Positions 25,492-32,000 of a DNA stretch of 32,000 nt are shown here, in pieces. Position 1 is the stretch's first letter; each line of letters begins with the position of its first letter. Made by a program: the position numbers and the translations under genes. The stretch comes from Kineococcus radiotolerans SRS30216 = ATCC BAA-149. Lineage in GTDB: Bacteria > Actinomycetota > Actinomycetes > Actinomycetales > Kineococcaceae. The stretch spans positions 120,001 through 152,000 of the forward strand of contig NC_009806.1 in the NCBI RefSeq assembly GCF_000017305.1, in the 5' to 3' direction. The notes beneath the pieces were generated by a model, which was given only the letters and a program-made list of their open reading frames with translations, searched no databases and was not told the origin of the DNA.

Positions 25492-26018
25492 GCGACTTCC
25501 AGACGCGGTCTCACACGCAGACCCAGACACCGGCTCAGACGTCGGCCCAAGCGCATGCACGGGTCGGTGCCCTGGCGACCGCGCGGCGGGTGCTGAGTCC
25601 TCAAGGCCGATCCGAGGAGGGGGCGGGAATGATCGACCTCGTCGTCGTCACGCCCATCCTGGTGTCCATCCTGTTGCTGGCCGTGGGCCTGGGGCGGGTC
25701 CGCAACGCTGACCAGCTCGTGCGCTCGGCCGCGGAGGACGCTGCACGCGCAGCTTCCCTGCAGCGCACCGTCGCCGGCGCTCAGGCCGCGGCCGCCGACA
25801 CGGTGAGCAGCTCGCTGCAGTCCGCTCAGACGTCGTGCACCGGCGGGCCGGCGGTCTCCGTCGACATCAGCCGGTGGCGACCGGGAGGTTCGGTCAGCGT
25901 GACGGTCAGCTGCACCGCAGCCTTGTCGGACCTGACCGCTCCGGGACTGCCGGGCAGCAAGACGATGAGCGCGCGCGGAACCTCGCCCATCGACACCCGC
26001 CGGTCGGTCGCGACGTGA
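25488..26018 (+). CDS. Second TadE/TadF-like pseudopilin
   Basis: GTGA overlap with tadE. GAGMIDLVVVTPILVSILLLAVGLGRVRNADQLVRSAAEDAARAAS has the TadE-like layout. Confidence 0.7.
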   Translation: MSDFQTRSHTQTQTPAQTSAQAHARVGALATARRVLSPQGRSEEGAGMIDLVVVTPILVSILLLAVGLGRVRNADQLVRSAAEDAARAASLQRTVAGAQAAAADTVSSSLQSAQTSCTGGPAVSVDISRWRPGGSVSVTVSCTAALSDLTAPGLPGSKTMSARGTSPIDTRRSVAT

Positions 26019-26575
26019 ACCGCTGGCCATCGCCCTGGGCCGCGGCCAACAGCGTGAGTGCTGGTGCGCATCGTCTCGACGTCGTTGAGGTCATTGATGG
26101 CCCTGCCGTTCCTGCCGTCCCCGCTGGCCCCGCTGTCCCCGCCTCGAGGGCAGGTGCGGGGGAGGAGGGCTCGGCACTGGTGTGGGTGGTGCTGTGCCTG
26201 CCGATGCTCTTCGCCCTGCTCGGCCTGATCTTCGACGGCGGAGCGGCTATCGCTGGGGCTCAGCAGGCCGACAACGTCGCCGACCAAGCCGCTCGCGCCG
26301 GCGCGGACCAGCTCGACGTCAGCGCGGCGCGCTCGGAGCAGGCGTTGTTCGGTGGCGCCGACACCGCTCGGGCGTCGCGGGCGGCCTGCGAGTACGTGAG
26401 CGTCGCTCTACCGGGGGCGAGCTGCACGGTCACAGCCAACGCCGACACCGTCACCGTGGCCGTCGCCGCCACCGTCCCGGCGCAGTTCTTCGGGGTCATC
26501 GGCATCCACCAGCTGAGCATCGACGGCAGTGGGTCTGCCGACAGCCACACCGGTATCGACGAGGAGGTTCAGTGA
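26015..26575 (+). CDS. TadG-like pilus assembly protein
   Basis: GTGA overlap with the upstream gene. GSALVWVVLCLPMLFALLGLIFDGGAAIAGAQQADNVADQAARAGA matches the TadG/TadE-G-like N-terminal pattern. Confidence 0.7.
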   Translation: MNRWPSPWAAANSVSAGAHRLDVVEVIDGPAVPAVPAGPAVPASRAGAGEEGSALVWVVLCLPMLFALLGLIFDGGAAIAGAQQADNVADQAARAGADQLDVSAARSEQALFGGADTARASRAACEYVSVALPGASCTVTANADTVTVAVAATVPAQFFGVIGIHQLSIDGSGSADSHTGIDEEVQ

Positions 26576-29500
26576 TGAAGCAGGTCCGCGCAGTCCTGGC
26601 GGGGGTGGCACTGCTGGCTCTCGTCGCCGGCGTGCCGGTGCTGCTGCTCCACTTCGTCGGCAACCCGCTGCCGGCGTCGGTGCCGGACGTGTCGATGCTG
26701 CTGAACACGCAGGTCGACTCCACCTTCGTGATCAACACCTTCGCCGTCGTCGTGTGGTTGGCGTGGCTCAACTTCCTGGGATGCGTCCTGGTCGAGGCGA
26801 GCTCGGTCATCGGTGAACTGCGCGGGCGCCCCCGCGTCGGAGTGAGCATCCCGCTGAACTTCGGCGGGCAGCACGTCGCTCGCCGGCTGGTCATCACGGC
26901 GGTGGCGGGCATCGTCGGGGTCTCCGCACTGGGACCGACCGCGGCCATGGCCGCCACGCACACCACGACGACCTCTAGCGTCAGCGCGGTCAGCGCGGTA
27001 GGTACGGGGTCGCTGGGAGCGGTGACCACCGAGGCCTCCACATCGCCTGGCGGCGGTGCCGCGGCCTTGGCCGAGGTGGGTGCTCCGAGCGTGGATCCCG
27101 CCTCGCTGGGCGCTCCTGCTCAAGCCGCGCCGGGCGAGGCAGGAACGGCGCCTGCTGCCTCCTCGGTGCTTCCCACCTACGAGGTGAAGGGCAGTCCCGG
27201 CAACCACGACAACCTGTGGGACATCGCCGAGGTCCACCTGGGTGACCCGTTGCGCTGGCACGAGATCTGGGACCTCAACCACAACCACGTCATGAGCGAT
27301 GGGGACCGCTTCGAGCATCCCGAGATGATCCGGCCCGGGTGGGTCTTGAGCATGCCCGCCGACGCGGTGGACCTGCCCAGCATGACCGCCGCAGCTCCCA
27401 TGCCCGCGGTGTCAGCTCCTGACACCGGTGCAGGTGAGCAGGGCGGCCCCGCCACGCAGGAGTCTCCGTCCGCAGCAGATCAGGGCGCCGGCACCAGCAC
27501 GGGCGCGGACGCGGACGGGAACGGAGGAGCGGGGGCCACGAGGGCTTCGCAGGTCCCCTCGAGCCCCGCAGCTCAGCCCGCTCCGGCAGCCCCCAGCGCC
27601 TCGGCTCCGGCAGCCCCTTCCGCCTCTACCCCCTCACCCGCGACCTCCAGCAGCTCCGAGAGGGCAGCGGCCACGACGAGCTCCGCTCGTGATGCTGCTG
27701 CCAGCGATACCGCGGATGACGCGGTGGTCGACATGCGCACCGTCGGGGGGATCGGGCTGCTGCTGGCCTCCGGCCTGCTGGGCGCGGTGGCTCTGCGTCG
27801 ACGCCGGCGCGAAGTCCGGCGCCGGGCGGGGTTCCGCGCTCGCGCACCGCACGCGGCCGCGGCCGCGATGGAGACCGAGCTGCTGAGCCTGCACACGCCC
27901 ATGTCACTGGACCTCATCGACCGCGGTCTGCGCCGCCTGTCGGCCGACTTGGCCGAACAGGAGCAGCCCCTGCCGGGGATCGCCACCGCACGCCTGAACG
28001 GCGAAGGGTTGCTGCTCAGCCTCTTCGAGGCAGCAGAGCTACCCGCTCCCTGGGAGCAGGTGGACGACGAGGGGTTCGAGTGGCTGCTCAGCGGCGCGGC
28101 CGCGGCGGAGTCCGACGACGACATCGACGCTCGCGTGCCCGCACCGTGGCCGAGCCTGGTGACCCTCGGCTACGACGTCGACGACGCGCACCTGCTCGTC
28201 GACCTCGAGGAGCTGCTGGCTCTGAACATCGCCGCCGCCGACGAACAGCAGAGCCAGGCCATGCTCAACGCGTTGGCCCTGGAGCTGGCTACCACGCCGT
28301 GGGGCGCTGGCCTGCAGGTGACGCTGGTGGGCTGCTGCGAGGACCTGGCCGGTCTCGTTCCCGAGCGCATGCGCTACCTGCCGGATCTGCCGTCGCTGAC
28401 GCGCGAGCTGCAGCTGCGACGCAACGACGTGGCGCGGGTACTGGCGGAATCGGGTCTGGACGACGTCGCGCAGGCTCGCCAGGAGGTGGAGGCCGGCGAC
28501 GTGTGGTCGCCGCACATCATCCTGGTCGGTCACCCGCTGGACGCTGATGAGCAGGCAGCCATCGGCGAGCTGCTCAACGACCTGCCCCGGGTGGGCATCG
28601 CCGCAGTGACCACCGACACGGAGGGACTGGGGGAGTGGGGCCTGAGCGTCGACGTCACCGACCCCGCGTGGGCGGAGCTGACGCCGACCCGCACCCGACT
28701 GCGACCGCAGACGCTGGGCGGTGAGGACTACGACCTGGTCCTGCAGATGCTCGACTCCGCCGAGCAGGAGGCCAGCGAACCCGTCGAGTACGCCTTCGCC
28801 ACGCCCAGCACCGAACCCCACCTGCTGGGCAGCATCCCCGCCGTCATCGACCTCACCTCCTGGGACGAGGAAGAGGGGCCTGTCGCCGCTGGTCAGTACA
28901 CCGCCGCAGCGTCGGCCATGACCAGCTCGACGACCAACTCCACGACCAGCCCCGCTGCCGACGTCCTCGGCGAGGTCAGCGATGCCCACCCGGGCAACGG
29001 CTTCACCGGTGGCCAGGCGGCCGGTGGTGTCTTCGAGAGTGCGAGCGGTGACACGAACGGCGACCCGAGCGCGCACCGGGACTCGGACCTGAGCGGTGCC
29101 GCCACGGTGAACCGCGCGCCGGCACACGGGGCCGACCTCGAGGGCGACGCGGAAGCCTGCGAGGCAGCCGCGAACGTGCGCGCAGCTCAGCTGCTGCGTG
29201 AGGCCGGTTTCGATGAGCAGATGCCGCTGGTGCGGGTCCTGGGGCCGGTGGACGTCCAGCGCGATGGCCAGACCATGGAGCTGACCGGGCGGCGTCTGGC
29301 GCTGGGGGTCTACCTCGCCTTGAACCCCGGTGTGGGTTCGCGAGAGCTCATCGACGACTTCTTCCGTCAACGGACTGCTCCCACCACCCTGCACCCGCGC
29401 GTCACCGAACTGCGCAAGGCCTTGGGAACCCACCCTCACACCGGAGAGCAGCTGGTGCCCTTGAACTCCGACGCCGCGGGGTACCGACTCCACGAGTCGG

Positions 29501-29949
29501 TCCTCACCGACTGGGACCTGCTGCAGCGCCTGGCGGCCAGCGACGACATCGACATGCTGGAGGCCGCCCTGAGCCTGGTGCGTGGTGTGCCGTTCGCACG
29601 GGTCGGCAGCCGCGTCACGCGCTACTACGTCTGGACCGAACGCGTGGAGGGTGAGATCCGGCAGCTGGTGACCGACATCGCCGTGACCGTGGCCGTCCGC
29701 GCTCACGAGGCCGGGCAGTTCCAGCGAGCCGAGCGTGCAGCCGCGAAGGGGCTGCTTCTCGAGCCTGGACACGAGCAGCTGCGGCGAGTGCACTGGCTCG
29801 CTCTGGCGGCGCTGAACAAGCGAGAGGCGCTGCGTCACAGCGTGGAAGAGCTGACGCAGGTCAATGAGGAGCTCGGATGCGATGAGGACCCCGACACGGT
29901 GACCCTCATCGATCAGCTGCGCGCTCAGGGCGCGCTGCAGGCCGCGTGA
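26575..29949 (+). CDS. Large membrane protein: 3 TM, extracytoplasmic LysM, 4th TM, cytoplasmic central domain, C-terminal SARP-type winged helix + BTAD
   Basis: GAGGAGG lies 7 nt before ATG 26575. LysM-like: TYEVKGSPGNHDNLWDIAEVHLGDPLRWHEIWDLNHNHV...IRPGWVLSMP. TM4 GGIGLLLASGLLGAVAL is followed by RRRRRE. SARP-like: VRVLGPVDVQRDGQTMELTGRRLALGVYLAL...AGYRL...DWDLL, then a BTAD-like helical repeat. The track ORF from 26182 was trimmed. Confidence 0.8.
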   Translation: MKQVRAVLAGVALLALVAGVPVLLLHFVGNPLPASVPDVSMLLNTQVDSTFVINTFAVVVWLAWLNFLGCVLVEASSVIGELRGRPRVGVSIPLNFGGQHVARRLVITAVAGIVGVSALGPTAAMAATHTTTTSSVSAVSAVGTGSLGAVTTEASTSPGGGAAALAEVGAPSVDPASLGAPAQAAPGEAGTAPAASSVLPTYEVKGSPGNHDNLWDIAEVHLGDPLRWHEIWDLNHNHVMSDGDRFEHPEMIRPGWVLSMPADAVDLPSMTAAAPMPAVSAPDTGAGEQGGPATQESPSAADQGAGTSTGADADGNGGAGATRASQVPSSPAAQPAPAAPSASAPAAPSASTPSPATSSSSERAAATTSSARDAAASDTADDAVVDMRTVGGIGLLLASGLLGAVALRRRRREVRRRAGFRARAPHAAAAAMETELLSLHTPMSLDLIDRGLRRLSADLAEQEQPLPGIATARLNGEGLLLSLFEAAELPAPWEQVDDEGFEWLLSGAAAAESDDDIDARVPAPWPSLVTLGYDVDDAHLLVDLEELLALNIAAADEQQSQAMLNALALELATTPWGAGLQVTLVGCCEDLAGLVPERMRYLPDLPSLTRELQLRRNDVARVLAESGLDDVAQARQEVEAGDVWSPHIILVGHPLDADEQAAIGELLNDLPRVGIAAVTTDTEGLGEWGLSVDVTDPAWAELTPTRTRLRPQTLGGEDYDLVLQMLDSAEQEASEPVEYAFATPSTEPHLLGSIPAVIDLTSWDEEEGPVAAGQYTAAASAMTSSTTNSTTSPAADVLGEVSDAHPGNGFTGGQAAGGVFESASGDTNGDPSAHRDSDLSGAATVNRAPAHGADLEGDAEACEAAANVRAAQLLREAGFDEQMPLVRVLGPVDVQRDGQTMELTGRRLALGVYLALNPGVGSRELIDDFFRQRTAPTTLHPRVTELRKALGTHPHTGEQLVPLNSDAAGYRLHESVLTDWDLLQRLAASDDIDMLEAALSLVRGVPFARVGSRVTRYYVWTERVEGEIRQLVTDIAVTVAVRAHEAGQFQRAERAAAKGLLLEPGHEQLRRVHWLALAALNKREALRHSVEELTQVNEELGCDEDPDTVTLIDQLRAQGALQAA

Positions 29950-30896
29950 TGACCACTGCAGCGCTGGTGGCGCTTCCTCTCTACGCGACGCTCACACCGG
30001 CCCTGACTTCGTCGGTCGGGGGAGTGGGCCTGCTCGTGGGGGTGGCCGCAGCCGCTGCGGTGCTCGCCGGCGCCGCTCAGCCGTGGCTTGGACACCGCGC
30101 CGGCCTCCTCGGTCGACCTCACCGCGCAGGCGCGGCCGCGGTGACCGGGCTGCTGACCCTGCTGAGCTGCCTGGCGGTGGGCCAGCTCCGCCCGGCACTG
30201 CTGGCGACCGCGCTGACTGCAGCAGTCACCTACCCCCTCTTCACCGTCGATCTGAAGCAGAAGCGTCTACCGATCGCCCTGGTCCGCCCGGTCACAGGGT
30301 GGGTGCTGGTGACCCTCAGCCTCGACGCGCTGCTGATCGACGGCGGCGGGCGACGGATGGCGACGGCACTCGCGGGCGCGGTCGCGGGTGCAGTGGTCTT
30401 CCACGGCCTGCGGGTGATCTCCCGCGGGGGGATGGGCCGGGGGGACGTCCGCCTGGCCAGCCTCCTGGGTCTGCTCCTGGGGTGGTTGTCCCCGGCGACG
30501 GCGCTGCTGGGGTTGGCGTTGAGCTTCGTGCTGGCGGCCGCGGCCCTGGTGCCCTTCCTGCTCACCCACCGCCTCCAGCGACACACGAAGGTGCCGTTCG
30601 GCCCGTTCATGCTTGTGGGCGCGTGGACCGCGGTGGGGCTGCACGCCGTGGCATTTCTGTCGGCGTCGGGAGTGAGCTCGAGCTTCTCGCGCGCCACCGG
30701 CGTGATCGAGACCCTTTCCGCCTGGGCAGGCCCTGCTCTGCTGCTGACCGCACTCGCTGTGGCGGTGTGGACGACAAGGGAGGTGGCTCAGCGTGCCGGG
30801 GGCCTAGGCCCGGTGGTGTACCCGCAGCCGATGACGGCGACCGCGCCCGGCGTCGTGGTCAGAGAGGACGGTTGGCCGTGGCGCTCCTCTCGATGA
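29946..30896 (+). CDS. tadV: A24-family prepilin peptidase (TadV/CpaA-like)
   Basis: Multi-TM protein. Candidate catalytic Asp motifs are FTVDLKQKRLP and GGMGRGDVRL, with C-terminal VPFGPFMLVGAW. GTG 29946 or ATG 29949 overlaps the upstream stop. Confidence 0.85.
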   Translation: MMTTAALVALPLYATLTPALTSSVGGVGLLVGVAAAAAVLAGAAQPWLGHRAGLLGRPHRAGAAAVTGLLTLLSCLAVGQLRPALLATALTAAVTYPLFTVDLKQKRLPIALVRPVTGWVLVTLSLDALLIDGGGRRMATALAGAVAGAVVFHGLRVISRGGMGRGDVRLASLLGLLLGWLSPATALLGLALSFVLAAAALVPFLLTHRLQRHTKVPFGPFMLVGAWTAVGLHAVAFLSASGVSSSFSRATGVIETLSAWAGPALLLTALAVAVWTTREVAQRAGGLGPVVYPQPMTATAPGVVVREDGWPWRSSR

Positions 30897-30961
30897 CTTC
30901 GGGCTGGCTCCTCGAGCAGGCACCTGCACGCGATGTAGCCGCTACCCCGGCGACCCCAACG

Positions 30962-31057
30962 GCTCGCACGCAGGCTCGCACGCAGGCTCGCACGCAGGCT
31001 CGCACGCAGGCTCGCACGCAGGCTCGCACGCAGGCTCGCACGCAGGCTCGCACGCAG
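30962..31057. repeat. Array 3: 8 perfect units GCTCGCACGCAG plus one degenerate unit
   Basis: Counted directly. Same orientation as arrays 1 and 2. It starts 65 nt after the tadV stop. Confidence 0.97.
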
Positions 31058-31342
31058 GCTCGCGACGGCGCGATGCTGGAGCCCTTGAGGGAGTGGCGGC
31101 CGCACCACCACCTGGGCGCTGTCTCGGCCGAACCGCGGGCGAAGTGGTTGACTGTGTCCTCAACGCGACGTCACGCCCGCCGACCAGGCCAGCGACAGGT
31201 CAGGCGCGAAATCTTCTGCTGCGTCCTGTCACATGGGCGCTTGTGCAGGCACCTACCTGGACGTGAAGACCTACAGCCTCCGCCCTCCAGCTTCACCGCG
31301 CCCTGGATCCTCGCCGCGCCGGCGCCTCCAGCGTCATCCGTC

Positions 31343-31359
31343 TCGAGTCGGCGACTCGA
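31343..31359. promoter_or_regulatory. 17-bp palindrome TCGAGTCG-g-CGACTCGA upstream of a small RHH gene
   Basis: Read directly. It lies 86 nt upstream of the ATG at 31445, in a lower-GC non-coding stretch. Confidence 0.35.
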
Positions 31360-31444
31360 CCTCGGCCACGGACATGATCGCGGTTCTCCGCGTGTCGCGG
31401 CGAGTCTGCCTGATACAGCATCAAGACTGCGGTAGGACTAGCGC

Positions 31445-31681
31445 ATGCCTGAACGCAGGAAGCCAGGAACGCCGTCACGCGGGGATCGCAAGCCGATCAT
31501 CACTCGCGTGCCCACGGACCAGGCCGCTCACTACGAGCAGTGCGCAGCGGCTCTGGGGCTACCGCTCTCGGACTACATCGCGCTCTGTCTCGCTGAGCGG
31601 CACGGCAAGCCCGTGCCCTCCTACATCAAGGTGCGCAAGCCCGACGAGTCTCACCAAGAGGAGCTGCGCATCAGCGCCTGA
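31445..31681 (+). CDS. Small ribbon-helix-helix (CopG/Arc/MetJ-like) DNA-binding protein
   Basis: 78 aa. KPIITRVPTDQAAHYEQCAAALGLPLSDYIALCLAERHG reads as strand-helix-helix. Codon bias is moderate. Confidence 0.5.
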   Translation: MPERRKPGTPSRGDRKPIITRVPTDQAAHYEQCAAALGLPLSDYIALCLAERHGKPVPSYIKVRKPDESHQEELRISA

Positions 31682-31829
31682 CTCCGACGCGGCCGGTCTC
31701 TCCACGGCCTGCACGCCACCATCCAGAATCGACGACGGCGGCTTCGCCGATCGGGAGTTCGCCGCTCCCGTGCTGACCGACTCCGCCGCCGTCGTGCTCC
31801 ACCCTGCTGAAAGTCGAAATGGAGCACTC

Positions 31830-32000
31830 ATGAGCGTAGACGCTCAAGCGCGTCCTTGTGCACCCCAGGACGCTCAACACGCCCATCTGACGGTCGGCCA
31901 CCCGACCGCCGGCGCATCACCTGTCACTTCCGTCTCACGCCCCGTGCACATGGCCTGTGCACTCCGGCGAGCTCGCCCGGTGAAGTGCGAGGTCGCGTCG
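31830..32000 (+). CDS. Possible 5' end of a gene running off the right edge (weak)
   Basis: ATG 31830 is preceded by TGGAG and the frame stays open to the window end. GC3 is only about two thirds and no motif was recognised. Confidence 0.2.
   Translation, partial: MSVDAQARPCAPQDAQHAHLTVGHPTAGASPVTSVSRPVHMACALRRARPVKCEVAS

Larger units (their letters stand above)
1..32000. mobile_element. Internal segment of a conjugative element (plasmid or ICE) of a high-GC actinobacterium: leftward T4SS operon, central par/regulatory module, rightward Tad pilus operon
   Basis: Co-occurrence of a VirB4-like ATPase, VirB6-like, TcpC/TcpE-like and cell-wall hydrolase genes in Tn916/pCW3-like order, with parA and an excisionase-type HTH gene. 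Element ends are not visible in the window. Confidence 0.6.

Noticed and set aside
23208-29838. Antisense ORFs 23208-24293(-), 24415-25560(-), 25407-26030(-), 28039-29838(-)
   Set aside because: They lie opposite TadC, Flp/TadE and LysM-SARP genes that have clear family motifs and translational coupling, and their composition is that of non-coding frames.
30083-31435. 450-aa plus-strand ORF spanning tadV, array 3 and the following gap
   Set aside because: It is out of frame with the prepilin peptidase, which has clear A24 motifs, is Arg/Gly/Pro-rich, and is kept open only by the repeat array.
1-32000. tRNA, rRNA, integrase, transposase or defence-system genes
   Set aside because: I looked for cloverleaf-like lower-GC islands, tyrosine/serine recombinase motifs, DDE motifs and nuclease/defence signatures in all credible ORFs and found none. 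I cannot exclude small ncRNAs without covariance-model searches.

Overview
High-GC (about 70% by eye) actinobacterial-type DNA, almost fully coding. I read it as an internal piece of a conjugative plasmid or ICE. No integrase, relaxase, coupling protein, replication gene, tRNA, rRNA or CRISPR is visible, so the element must continue past both edges. There are three modules. (1) 1-12306, minus strand: a tightly packed, translationally coupled operon for a Gram-positive (Tn916/pCW3-like, MPF-FATA class) type IV secretion apparatus. It encodes a TcpC/VirB8-like protein, two small membrane proteins (TcpD/TcpE-like), a VirB4-like ATPase, a VirB6-like polytopic protein and a lytic transglycosylase + NlpC/P60 hydrolase, followed by three less clear genes. 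(2) 12307-17146, plus strand: a control/maintenance module with a sigma-70/ECF-like protein, ParA, a protein with a disordered N-terminus and two ribbon-helix-helix (RHH)-like motifs, and an excisionase-type HTH protein. (3) 17290-30896, plus strand: a complete Tad/Flp pilus operon (lipoprotein, secreted protein, CpaB, TadZ-like, TadA/CpaF, TadB, TadC, Flp, TadE, second TadE-like, TadG-like, a 1124-aa LysM + 4-TM + SARP/BTAD protein, prepilin peptidase). The most unusual non-genic signals are: three same-orientation arrays (41 + 13 + 8 units) of a 12-bp tandem repeat GCTCGC-NNNNN-G that flank parA and close the Tad operon; a family of 11-13-nt CCTTGCCG-containing boxes found only in the non-coding gaps of the T4SS module; in-frame 12/15/30-bp tandem repeats in disordered tails of T4SS/Tad proteins; and two perfect long hairpins (17200-17229, 24912-24939). 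Many long ORFs in the supplied track are off-frame or antisense artefacts of high GC and were rejected. All functional calls rest on motif-level reading of the translations and on gene order. No database search or formal statistics could be run.
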